Part shown: positions 1 through 12,945 of the stretch, piece by piece
Numbering within the stretch: position 1 is the stretch's first letter
How the letters are laid out: the number at the start of each line of letters is the position of its first letter
NCBI RefSeq assembly: GCF_009914755.1
Contig: NC_060930.1
DNA length: 64,000 bases
Reading direction: 5' to 3' (one strand)
Origin: the human T2T-CHM13v2.0 reference genome, Homo sapiens
The notes under the pieces: generated by a model
The model's input: only the letters and a program-made list of their open reading frames with translations
What the model was told of the DNA's origin: nothing
Databases searched by the model: none
Made by a program: the position numbers and the translations under genes

Positions 1-9
1 TGAAAATGC

Positions 10-185
10 CATTTGCTGACATAAACTATCATCTTTACACATATGTCTACCAGATTTATGTCTTCAGTCTTGACCTTGTTGCTAAGTTAATGTGTCACAT
101 CTCCAACTTCCTGCTGGTGTCAGGTCAATTCTATTGTCACCTTAAATTCAAAATGTCCAAAATGATTTATTATCATCCCCAAAGA
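10..185 (+). mobile_element. L2 LINE fragment
   Basis: Degenerate match to the L2 motif 'atatccaactgcctacttgacatc...catctcaaacttaacatgtccaaaac' (here 'atctccaacttcctgctgg...caccttaaattcaaaatgtccaaaat'). Confidence 0.6.
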
Positions 186-282
186 ATCCAACTTCTTTAA
201 TTCACTTTCTACTAAGAGAAGAAAAAAGAGATAAAACCAAAATTTATTTTGAAAAAATGAATAAAAAAGGAAAAAGAATTTT

Positions 283-618
<336 letters not shown>

Positions 619-1339
619 TGACCATGAGATAAAGCAAGAAATATATGTTTGTATAATGTATCTATTACTTGTTTGTGTGTGTATATTGTAAACTTTAGAT
701 ACCAACAAGTTGAAAACAACAGAGATCTGTTAAAGTAATGACTACTCAAAAAAAGCTATATTCGAAAAAGATGAGCTAACTTTGTAAACATGCTATACCC
801 TGGGTGCATTTGTTGTTTCTGGTTGGGGCAGGAGGCTAAGTATTCAGGCTTTACACCCTGTTGAATGCTATTTTTTGACAAATGTATAAATCAGCATAGC
901 TTTGAGGGAGGTGGTCTAGTGCACATAGGCAATTTTTCTGTTAAGGCATTAGGCAAATTCTGTACCAGGCTAAAAATATAAATGGAAAAACTCTGTAAAT
1001 GCATAATGAAAATTTTTCGGCAGTCATGCCAAATTAGTTTGAAGACAGGGAAGGACTCTATAGAATAAACTAGACTTTCATGTGAAAAGATCTGAAGAAC
1101 AAGCCAGGGGCAAACCAAATACAGACTGAAGATTACCAGAACTAAATCCAGGCTCAACTCAGCACAATTCTTGATTGAAATAAACTGATTACCCATCACT
1201 TTATCTCTCTAGTTGAGAGAAAAGAGAAACATCTTAGGATAAAGACACCATTATATTAGACATTTACAGTTTATTTATGTGCATGACATCAGGCAATTGA
1301 AAATTATTACAGATGCTAAAAGAAAGAATGTAATGATTG

Positions 1340-4057
1340 AAAGAGAAGAAGAAGATACACAATTGAAATAGACCAAGAGATGATTCAGATATTTTAATTA
1401 TCTGGTAAAGATTTTTAAAAACACATAAACAATATATTAGAGAAAATAAACGGGAAAACTGGAACTAATACATTGAAAGAGAGATAATTTAGCCCCAGAG
1501 AACTGGAATTTATGTAAAGAATCAAATGGAAATTCTAAGACTTAAAAATATAATATCTAGAAGTAAGAACTCATTAAGTAGGTTTAATAGTAGATTTAAA
1601 AGAATAGAAGAGAGGATTAAGGAACTTGAGAAATAATTGATTAACATTCTCCAAACTAAAGCACAGGAAAGGGTTAAAAATACCAAAAAAAAAAAAAAAA
1701 GAGAGAGAGAGAAAAGAATGTCAAAAACATATGGGTTCAACAAAAGATTCAATATGCACATTATTGAATTACCAGGATAAAAAAACAGAATTGGATAGAA
1801 GCAATATCTGAAGTGAAGATGACAGAGAATTTTCCAAAATTAATTAGTAACATCAACCCACAGATTCAAGAATACTTTCATATTTCAAGTGTAATCGAGA
1901 AAACCAGATTTAGGTATAGATGAACAGAAACATTAAAAATCTAAATCAAAGAGAAGATTATAAGAGGTGCCAAAGATAAAAGACCCAAAGGAACAGCAAA
2001 AAGACTGACAGTTGACCTTTCAACAGGAAGGCAATTGAATGACATCTTTAAAGTGCTTTAAAATGCCAACCTAGAATTCTTTACCCTGCAAAAATATTCT
2101 TCAACAATTAAGATGAAATGAAAGCATTTTTCAACAACACGTAAGATAAATAATTACTAGCAAACTTTAACTGAAGGAAATACTAAAGGTAGTTCTTTAG
2201 GCAGAGTGAGAAAAAAAACACCCCAGAGAGAAAAAGGGAATTTTAGGAAGGAAAGAAGATAATGGAAAGAATAACACAGGTTGTATTGTTAAACACAAAA
2301 CAATAGCAATAAAATATTTGGGGATTTAAATGTTTGTAAAACTCAAATGCATGACAACAATAACACAAGAGGTAGAAAGGAGCTAAAGTGTTCTAAGGTT
2401 GTAGCATTATTATGGAAATGTTAATGGTAATATTTATGTTAGATTATAATAGTTCAAGACTAGTAATGTCTAGAGTAACTACTAAAAGATGGCATAACTC
2501 CTAAAAACTAAGTATAGGTGAAAAATTAAATAATGAAAATAATTGATTAGCCTAAGCAATGCTAAGAAGGAAGAAATGCTAACAACAACAGAGAGGGTCA
2601 ATAAGAAAAAAATATCAAGATGGGTGCTATAATCTTAAATATATCAATAAATATATTAAATGTAAATATACTAATATTCCAATTAAAAGGCTAAGATTGT
2701 TGGTCTGGATAAAGACACAAAACCCAAATGTATTGTTGTCTATAAGAGATATGCCTTAAATAGGATTTAAATTATAAGTTAAGAACAAGTAAAATCTGTT
2801 CCTATAAAAACAAATATAGTTTTTGTAGATTTGTGATGTAGTAATTTTAATATAAGATGAGGTAATGTTTAAGGCAGGAAACATTACTAAAGATAAAGGG
2901 GGAAATGTAATAATGATAAAAAGGTAAATCCACATGAAGATATTGCAAAGCAACATTACCTGAATAAAATAATACAGCTTCAAAGTATATGAAGTAAAAA
3001 TTAATAGAATTAAAAGGAGAAATAGCCATATCCACAATCACAGTGGGAAACTTTTACATTACTCTCTGGATACATCAATCAGATGAAAATTCAATAAGGA
3101 TATAGAATATCTATATAAAACAGTTAAAAAACTTGATATAATTGACATATAGAATACACTCCACCAAACAAAAGGGTTTTCAAAGGCATATAGAATATTC
3201 AATCATATAATGATTCAAAATGTAGAAAGTCAAATTTTAGAATGATTTGCAATTATTCAGCAAGTATTGTCTGACAACTATAGAATTAAGCTAGAAAATC
3301 TGCAACTGTGTGGAAATTAAACAATATACTTCTAAACCTATGGACCTAATAGGTTGGAATGGAGTTTAGAAAGTATTCTGAACTCAATAAAAATGAATTT
3401 ATTGCTAAAAAAAAAACTTGGTGGTGTGAAATTGCAGAAATGCTTAGAGGAAAAAATGACCTTAAAGAGAGATATTAAAAGAGTAGAAATCCTCAAAACT
3501 CAATGATCTTAACTTCCATAGCCAGAAGCTAGTGAAAGAACAACAAATGAAACTTCTCTAAAGTGAAAACATTCTAATAACAAGGACAATAGCAGAACTC
3601 AATGCATATACAATAGGGGAAAAAAAGCAATAAAGCCAGATTGCTTTTTAGTGTTTATAAAATTGAGGGGATCCTTATCAATAGTGATTAAACGAAAAAA
3701 AGAGTAAAATCACCTTTTGCTAATATCACAAATAACTCTATAGATGATTGGAGAGAGTACATTATGAACAAGTTTAAGCCAGTATATTTGCAATCAGGGT
3801 GAAATAGACAAATTCTTTGGAGACCACAACTTGAAATAAATTAAAAATCTGAAGACCTTTTTATTCATTAAATAAATTGCATCATTAATCAAAATCTTTT
3901 GACAGAAAAAAAAAACCATTTTGTGTTCACATGATTTCACTGAAAAATTCTTAAAAATGTTTAGGAATGTTATACTACCAATATACACAAATTCTTTCTA
4001 AGAATACAGCAGAAGTGCCTCCCATCTCATCTTTTGAGGCCAGTATAACCTTACTTA
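1340..4057 (+). mobile_element. Old L1M LINE, ORF1 through 5' part of ORF2, decayed
   Basis: ORF1-like 'aagaatcaaatggaaattcta...aagaactcatta'; endonuclease-start-like 'atatcaataaatatattaaatgtaaat...ccaattaaaaggc' at ~2640; ends at 'tttgaggccagtataacctta' (FYEASITL-like). No open frame. Confidence 0.85.
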
Positions 4058-4109
4058 TTGAGGATACGTGTGATTGTCAAATAACAGATTACTGAACTCA
4101 AATGTAATA

Positions 4110-4399
4110 GGCCAGGCACGGTGGCTCATGCCTATAATCCCAGAACTTTGGGAGGCTGAGGTGGGTGGATCACCTGAGCTAGACCAGCCTCAGCAACATG
4201 GTGAAACCCCATCGCTACCAAAAATACAAAAAATTAGCCAGGCATGGTGGTTCACACCTGTATTCTTAGCTACTCAGGAGGCTGAGGTGGGAGGATCACT
4301 TAAGCCCAGGAGGTAGAGGCTGCAGTAAGCTGAGATCGTGCCACTGCACTCCAGCCTGGGTGACAGAGTGAGACCCTGTCTCGAAAAAAAAAAAAAAAA
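4110..4399 (+). mobile_element. AluJ (Jb-like) with small left-arm deletion
   Basis: Dimeric Alu with J-type right arm 'gaggtgggaggatcacttaagcccagg' and 'gaccctgtctc'; polyA tail; imperfect TSD aa(t/a)gtaata. Confidence 0.93.
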
Positions 4400-5297
4400 G
4401 TAATAAGAATTTTAAAATGCTGAATAACTCTCCATAAATTTATAAATAATTATGATATTATTTCCCACACTGTATTGTAATACATATGTACATTTCCATC
4501 TCTCTTTCTAAACTTGTATTTGCTAAAAGACCACACATCATCGTTATGCAGGAGAATGCCACTGAGCTACTACACAGTAGTGAGGAATTATAGAATCAGT
4601 TAAGAGCATTTTAGGTGTTTATAAATAAGCCCATTTGATGCATCATAAAACAAATGCAATAAGTTGTTCTTATCAATATATTCTAATTATATGTTTCCTT
4701 AACTATCTGTTCTTCAATGTTGGAATCATGTTTTATGCATCCCTAGGATCAAGGAAAATGTCAGGCATATGAACAATGCTCACTGGAATGAAATCAAATG
4801 GTAATAGAGTGGACTTCAGTAATTGTCTAGATCTACAAATACAGCTGCTGGGGACTTTTTCTTCCCCTCCACTATTGCATGGATAATGAGGTCTACATCT
4901 CTCACGTCGATTCCAGCACTCTGTGGTGGTAGCAAGCAAAAGGAAAGTAATCCCAGCATTAGGGCACCTCAAATCAGGGCTCTTTAAAACTAACCATTAT
5001 ATAAATCACTTTGATATCTTTTTAATTATAGATTATGGTTCTCTTAGAGTGAGGCCTAAGTTATTTCATCCCTAACTGCTATGTGATTACATTCTTGTTG
5101 CCTGTCAAACATATTTTGAGTTGTAAGGATTTAATTACTGGGAACTTCGACATAGGGCACAAGGTAAGTTCTTGATTTCTGGCCATCCTTTGAATCAGAG
5201 ATCCTAGGGTACATCTTGATAATTGCGCATAAACAAATTCATCACCTGATGTATCACTTACTGCTGATACCACCCAAGATATCAAGTGAAATAACCA

Positions 5298-5433
5298 CTT
5301 GACCTAAGGGGCCACTTAATAGGAAATAATTCTTACGTGGACCAATTATTTCAAGGTTTTCAGAAAATTACAGTGGTGTCCATTTTTTAAAATTCAAATA
5401 TTTTTAAATTTAAAGCCATGGAACTCTTAATGC
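5298..5433 (-). repeat. Left arm of 136-bp inverted repeat (derived inverted copy of 6755-6890)
   Basis: Reverse complement matches 6755-6890 at 135/136 positions by manual alignment; the single difference is a CpG transition. Confidence 0.97.
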
Positions 5434-6754
5434 TGGGTAGGTTATACCCAGAGCTCTAAGGAAAATTTAGGCTTAAATTCTTCCTTTAATTCCCAAGTTA
5501 CATTATGCTGCTTTTGTGTGGTAAAATTCTTTTAGAAATGTCCCCATCCTTTCTCCAAGGTGGATCTGACTCCAAAATGTATCCAGACATCCTCTAGTTT
5601 TTCTTTATTTTCATTATAATTGAATTTTCAGAAGCAAAAGATCTCAATTTTCAGGGTATTCTTTGGTTGAAAACTACAACTATGCTTGCATATTTCCACA
5701 CAAATGTTGGCCTTCCTTACTCTTGTGGTTAAAACAATTTAAACCATTTCATAGTTCTCTTGTTTCCTCTCATAACTTGAGTTGAATTCTTTCCCTGCAT
5801 AAGATCTAGATGGCAGCTACAGTTCCTATGACTCTATGAATGAACTGCTTTAATTTGTACTTTCTTACTTTGACATCTTTTACTATTCCTAAAACCTCTT
5901 TCAGATTCCCCAGTGGATGTCAAGAACCCCATTTTCTTTTTTGTGGGCCTCAAAAAATATGATGGGTATTGAAAGAGGGTCCTTCCAAACAGAAGAGTCC
6001 CCCTGAGCATCAGCAAAGTTTTGGAACATAAGCTAGCATTATTTCTTCTGGGTGACTCATAGGCACCATGCATAGAAAATGTTCGTAGAAGGTCCTCCCA
6101 AAGAGCAATGAGAGCAGGTAATCAGAGTTGTTTGAAACTCAGCTGTCTTCACAAGATGATCTGTTACTCATTCAAAGGCATACCTTACCCAATTACTGCA
6201 ACTTCTTACTCTGTTCTCTCTGGAAATGGACTTTTATGGTTTTATCTGTTCTCTTTTCAATCTGTTAGTAAAAAATAAACTATGTGCAGTTTCCCTTACC
6301 CAACATTTCTTTCTCAGCAACCTTTTATTCTCTCATAGATCAAAAGCTTTGGTTTCAAAGCTGTTATTTCTGATGTGGTCTTTGAGAGGCTCTTTTGAAA
6401 AATAAAATAAAAATCAAGCACCAACCATTTCTTTCTTTTTGCATTCCTACTAAAACAATGCTAATTCTCTTTGAAGCAATGAGGATATTACTAACTCAGA
6501 AGAGAAAGTTTGCAAAACATAAGTATAAAAATTAAAAGCACAGATAATAACATTCCAAGATAGTATCCTGCTGGAAATAAAATAATAACAAATATGAACA
6601 TGACGTAAGCAATTGCCATCCTTGTTTGTCTCTAAAGCCCACTCTATGGAAATTATTCTAGGATAGTAATTTTTATTCTGTCCCCCATTTTAAAAACCTG
6701 TGCTTGTATAGGTTTATTATTTATGGAGTCATGTAAAATAACAAGAATACATTT

Positions 6755-6890
6755 GCATTAAGAGTTCCATGGCTTTAAATTTAAAAATATTTGAATTTTA
6801 AAAAATGGACACCACTGTAATTTTCTGAAAACCTTGAAATAATTGGTCCACATAAGAATTATTTCCTATTAAGTGGCCCCTTAGGTCAAG
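6755..6890 (+). repeat. Right arm of 136-bp inverted repeat (probable donor)
   Basis: Matches 5298-5433 in reverse; runs directly into the MER30 TSD and terminus. Confidence 0.97.
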
Positions 6891-7111
6891 CTTGTCCAAT
6901 CCACAGCCTGCAAGCTGCATGCAACCCAGGATGGCTTTGAGTGTGGCCCAACACACATTTGTAAACTGTCTTAAACATTGTGAGTTTTTTGTGTGTGATT
7001 TATGTTTTCAGCTCATCAGCTATAGTCAGTGTTAGTATATTTCATGTGATCCCCAAGACAATTACTTTTCTTCCAGTGTGGCCCAGGGAAGCCAAAAGAT
7101 TGGGTACCCTG
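6887..7111. mobile_element. MER30 (hAT-Charlie MITE)
   Basis: 'caagcttgtccaa...ggcccaacaca...agctcatcagctat...gtggcccagggaagccaaaagattgggtaccctg'; 8-bp TSD ccttaggt / ccttacat. Confidence 0.88.
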
Positions 7112-7331
7112 CCTTACATCCCAAAATAGTTTCAAAATTTACCTGAAAAGTATGTCCAATTCCTCATACCACCCCAGCCCCTGGTGTGCTTTTGGTCTTT
7201 GATAAGTTCTGTGATGGCTGTGTCAAAATCACCGCCTTTATTTAAACTACTACCCAGACATGATCCTTGGGACTCATTTGGAAACTAAATTAAGATTGGC
7301 AGTTGACAAATTTGCTTTAGAGGGCAGAATG

Positions 7332-7368
<37 letters not shown>

Positions 7369-8877
7369 TGTGGATTCACTCTGGGACAATTGATGCTTTG
7401 ATGAAATAGGGGGAAATTATATAAAAATACAACTCAAGGGATATTAAATAGCAAAATTTGTTTCTGGCATCCAGGGTTATTTGGCAAAGAAAGAGCAAAC
7501 AAGTGACTGTTTTTCATGCCTTTCATATGATGACAAACCTATTCTATTCTGCTTTGCACTTAAAATTTACATTGAAAATGCAATTGAACCTTTGGTTTAG
7601 TAGTTCAGTACGCTACAGGTAACCAGGGAGCAATGTTCAGTAAATACCGTGCTACTAGATGCAAAACAATACAGAGAAAATGAGGCTATTTAGCTCTCTT
7701 TCTTGATTGAGATTTGCATGAAGAAATTTCGAAATATTTAAGTTTCAGCGTAGCATTTAGAGTGTCACTTCTCTTCCGCCTCTTTATAGGTTATATTTTT
7801 AATTTTTAATAACGCAAAATGTGTATACAGCCTGATGCAATCAGAAAGGCATCTTAGAAGGGTAAAAAGAGGAGGATGACTCACTAATAAACAGTCATTT
7901 ATAGAATATAATTAGTTTTTCTCTTTTCTTCATTAGCACATGCAACCTGCTAGAGGAATGAGTCTAAGGGTAATTGTAGGACTCCAGGGTTTTCACACTC
8001 AGAGGTAGCATAATATATAAAACTGAAGTAATTAGGAGCTACGTCAAAAATGTCATCTTTCTTATGTGTAAAAACTAGGCATTTTGTAGCAAAATAGCAA
8101 TATTAATACCACAGGGATACTCTGTTTCTTTTCCACTCTGACAGAAAAATCTCTAGTGATAGGTCCTCAAATCTTTTATTTAAATTATAAGTGAGAATGA
8201 GTTTGGTGCCCTCAATTAGTCCTTAGAGGGGAACCAATAGCACACAAGCAGGCACACTTCTTGCAATTGCTTCTGAAGAGATCTGTAGCTATATAGGCAC
8301 TCGCAAAGGCTGTGACCCCCCCGGAAGGTACACCCAGTACACTCGATTCACCAGAAAGCCTACAGAATGAATGGACTCGAGATTTTGCACTCTGGTTTTA
8401 TGAGTACAAGTAATCCATTGAGAAATTTTTACACCCAGACCCCCCAGTACTTATTTTCTAACGCATTTCTGCAGTGTGTTAACTGCGGCATCATAGTGTG
8501 CTACATAATGAGTCCAATTCTTCTTGTCTGTTTCTTGTTTCCTTCTCAATGAAAAATAAAAAACAAAGATAGCTGAGTTTAATATTGCCAAATAGCCAAA
8601 TAATTAGTACAACTGAATATTATTTTCTCTTTAAGTTATACCTCAATAAATATAAAGCTAGAAGCATAGTTTTGAAAACAAAGTTAACAGAATATTATCT
8701 AACAGCAATAATGGGTCTGAAATGTTCCATGCAAGGAAACATAAAATGTTAATTGCTTACGAGATAACGAGACAAGAGTGTTTCCCTACAATCTTGTAAC
8801 TCTAGAAAGATGAGCATTCTTAGTCTGTGACTAATTCCATTGTTTATTAATTCCATTGTTTTTTAACAGTGTAAGTT

Positions 8878-9199
8878 GGTCAAGAGCAGTGGCTCACACC
8901 TGTAATCCCAGCACTTTGGGAGGCCAAGGTGGGAGGATCATGAGGTCAGGAGTTCAAGACCAGTCTGACCAACAGGGTGAAACCCCGTCTCTACTAAAAA
9001 TACAAAAAAATTAGCTGGGCATGGTGACGTGTGCCTGTAATCCCAGCTACTCAGGAGGCTGAGGCAGGAGAATCGCTTGAACTTGGGAGGCAAAGGTTGC
9101 AGTGAACCAAGATTGCGCCACTGCACTCCAGCCTGGGGGAGAGAGCAAGACTCTGTCTCAAAAAAAAAAAAAAAAAAAAAGAAAGAAAGGAAAAAAAAG
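8878..9199 (+). mobile_element. AluS (Sg-like)
   Basis: Dimeric Alu with 'ggatcatgaggtcaggagttc'; long A tail; TSD agtgtaagtt on both sides. Confidence 0.95.
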
Positions 9200-10404
9200 A
9201 GTGTAAGTTAAGTTTTAGCAGTGTTGTGTTAGAGTTTTCTTTTATAAAGGTAAAAAAAACACACTGTAAATGTGATTTATGAGGGTTACAACATTTTCCA
9301 AGTTTATATCACTTCCCTGGTTGTGTTTTATTTTCTCAGTGATTCCATTCTGTCGAGTATTGCATAAGATCAAAGTCTCTCTACCAGGGCACACATGACG
9401 TGATCCTGTTTGGAAAACATTATCAAACAGTCAAGCTAAAATGCAAATGAACACAAACCCTAGTATTTTCTCTTGACAACTGTGGAATTACTAAACATAA
9501 AGACATGAAGATTGAGAAAGGAAGGGAGTAAAACAATTACATATTTAAAAATAAGGAGAAACTGGATTGGTTTTGATGATAAATTTATTGGTACTACAAA
9601 AAGCTCTCATGACAAAATACCATACATGTTTATACAAAGTATTATTAATGAAAGAAATTTGGTTTCAGTTTTATATTATTACAAGGTATTTTATAATCTA
9701 AATATTTCATCATATGTTTGGCCGAATTTCAAGTTACATTCTCCCAGCGTGTGTTAAAAGGAAAAATACAACATGAAAAAACAATATTTTGAGTGGGATG
9801 TGCAGGCTGTCTGTATGTGACATCTATCACCCCTCAGATCTTCAGGGTCTGTTCCATCTGTGTTTATTTTTCCTGAAGCTGTCCACTCACTTGAGCAGGC
9901 TGCCCTTCCCAGATAGAGAAAAGCCAGTCTTTGAAATTCACTAGAATTGCTGTTCTCAGGATTTTTATGTTTGTCTTAATTGATAAACTGCCTTAAGAGA
10001 AAGGATACTCAAGTTTACTTCACACTGAAATGTTCTCTTTAGGAAACATACATTTTGGAAAATATTAAAAAATACTTTACCCTGACTAAAAACAAGTTAC
10101 CATATATGGTGATTTTGCATATTCAATGTTCCTGTATATTCCAAGTATACTTTTAGTTTATGTGTCAAAATTAGGTACATCTAAATCACTGGCAAATATT
10201 CTTTTTCATTATGATTCTAATTCTTGTTCCATTATTATAAACATTTCTATACTTTTCTAATATGCTTTGCTGAAAAGAAAATAATAGATATTTGTTAAAA
10301 AATTTTTCTGAACATTCTGGGTTGATCCTCACATTTGATTGAACTTAAGCAATGTAAAATAACTCGTAATTTTCCTCAGCTTTCTAAAAACAGAGTTTGG
10401 ATAT

Positions 10405-11770
10405 TGTTCTAAGTGTAAGGAAACATTGAAAAACATAAGTATGATATGATTCAAATTATAGTTATAAATATCACTATGACTGTTGTGAAAATAACTCTGG
10501 CAGGAGCAAGAGTTGCAAGAGGAAAATCAGTTTGGGTATTTTTGCATTAGTCTAAGTTAGAGATGCTTTTGGCTTTGATTGAGAAAGCAGTAATGGAGGC
10601 AGTAAAAAGTATATATCCTAATGTCATATAAGATTACATCTAGTTATATTCTCGATATCATAAAGTTAGTGCTACAAGATTTGCTAATGTCATGGATGCA
10701 GGGTGTAGGAAGGGAGTGATCAGGTTTGACATCTAGGTTTGTAGTCTGAGGCATCAGAATTTGGTGTTTCCCTTTGTTGACATGAGAAAGACAGGGAGCA
10801 GGTTTGGAAATGAAAGTAGTATGTGTGCAGAATCCATGGCTCTATTTTGTCAACATCAAGTCTTGGTTGCCCATTAGACATCTCAAGCAGTGTTGTCAAG
10901 CAGGGTGTAGGGTGTGTCAGTCTTTAATTCAGATGCTTTTTGAACAGTAGACAGGAGTTTCAGTCATTAGTATGTAAATAGAGATTAAAGGCACATGAAA
11001 GAATGAGATTTCTTAGGGGAGACACTTAGGGAAAGGAAGAGAGCTGAGAATTATGCCCCAGGGCTCTGCAACTTCTCATGTCTGAAGAAGAGGATCCAGA
11101 AAAGGAGACAAAGGAGGAGTGCCCAGTGACGTAGGAAGGAAGCCAGGGCACTAGTGTTCAAGAGCTTTGGTTAAAACACTGACAGGGAAGGATGATAAAT
11201 TGGATAAGGATGAAGATTAAAAAGTGAATATTAAGTATGGCAAAGAGAAAGTTATTGCCAACTTTGCTAAAAGTGGTTTTGGTGGAAAAATAGTAAAGAG
11301 AGCTTTATTAAATGAGGTGAGGTGAGAAAATGCAGACAGAGAGTAAAGGCGGCTTTTTCATGAGGTCTTGTAGTAAGATGCTGAGAAATAGGGATGCAGG
11401 AAAAAAGACACAGAGGAGTCCAGGGAGGTTTGTTCATTTGTTTTTGTTGGTTTTGTTGAATACAGTTATTGGAAGATGTTTGTATGCTGATGGAAGCAAC
11501 GTAGTGAGACGGAGAAACTGATGGAGTGGGAGCAAAATTCTTGAGTAACTTAGAGAGGATGGAAACCAGTGCTGAAGTACAGGGTTTGACCTTAGGTAAG
11601 AAAAGGGACAGTGAATCTGCTGCAAGGAGAAAATGCAGAGCTGATGTATGTAGATGCAGGCAGACTGGTAGATTTGGTGGTAAGGCAGTTAGGAAACTCT
11701 TTTAATTGCTTCAATGTGCTTCAGTAAAATGAGTCAAAGGTCATCAATTTAAGTGAAAAGGTATAAAGAG
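10405..11770 (-). mobile_element. L2 LINE (long fragment)
   Basis: Purine-rich antisense L2 motifs such as 'gcagtaatggaggcag', 'agatttgctaatgtcatggatg', 'ccattagacatctcaagcag'. Confidence 0.75.
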
Positions 11771-12364
11771 AGTTTTGAAAAAAAAAATGGAAAAGTGTAT
11801 ATGAATGGAGTGACCCACAAGAATCTATTTGACATTAATTTTCTAATAATGATGACCCCGATGTGCTGCTCCATTAACAGGGTTGTCAAGTGTTACCTAT
11901 GACCTATGAAACTCATGGAAGCTGGTTAGGTTGAGCAGCAATGATGTTAGCCAACATAGCCATTTGCTTGTAACTGTTACTGCATCAGCGTCACGCTCTT
12001 TTGAACCAATTAAGGAAATTAGATTCAGAGACCTGACTAGCGAGAAAGCTTATTTAGCATCAATTTTCTGTATTGGTTTCTTACGCAACAAAGTTATAAT
12101 TTTTCTTTGTTTTTAAATGTTATCAGTAATTAAAATGCAACTTCAGAGTGTCCTGTCCTACACATAATTAGAAATTAGGACAAAGTGTTATGTGCAAAGA
12201 TGTTAAAACATTATTTATACTGGGAAAATATAACAACCTAACTATCCAACAGTAAGAGAATAGTTATAATATATCCCTAGGTGGTTTATTTTACGGTGCT
12301 TTTAAGATCAGAAAATTAGTTCTAAAATGATAATAATATATTAATAGTTCTGTAGGAAAGAATT

Positions 12365-12945
12365 TAACACAATGGCATGCAAGACACTGGCTGAAATGGC
12401 CTCTGCTATCTCCTCAGCTCATTCTCTGCCCACTATCCCTTGCAGATTCCTCTATGGCATTCTACTTTCTGCTGTCCTTCAAAACCTCCAAGCAGATCCT
12501 TCTCTCACTTCATTTTTTGGTGTTATTCCATCTGCCTAGAGCCTTGTTTCTCAGACCTCCTCATGGCCTTAGACATGAGACATGAGAAAATAAGACAACT
12601 CCTTATCTTCACGTAGGTCTCTGGTCTACGGTCACCTCCTCAATAAGGTCTTCTTAGATTATTCTGCCTAAAACACGTGCTCCAGATCCCACTCCTATTA
12701 CTTGTCTTCACTGCTAATCATGGCACTTATCATAGTCTGGCATTACTTTTTACACTTGTTTACTTGTGGAATGTCTGTCTTTCCTGTGAAAATGGGGACT
12801 TACCTCTTCCATATACGTATCAAGAACAATGCCAGTAGGTACTCACTATATATATATATATGTATATAAATTATATATATATGTATATAAATTACATATA
12901 TATATAAATTACATTTATATATATTACATAAACTAATGAATTGAT
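12365..12945 (+). mobile_element. L2 3' end with (TA)n expansion at 12847-12930
   Basis: 'ccatctgcctagagcc', 'gtcacctcctcaataagg', 'atggcacttatca', 'gtaggtactca'. Confidence 0.7.

Noticed and set aside
5298-6890. Inverted arms as TIRs of a novel DNA transposon
   Set aside because: No outer TSD, no transposase remnant in the spacer, and the right arm overlaps the TSD and terminus of an older MER30.
8445-8550. Minus-strand peptide KKNWTHYVAHYDAAVNTLQKCVRK* after a pyrimidine tract as a terminal coding exon
   Set aside because: I recognise no protein homology; it is short and has no supporting neighbouring exons.
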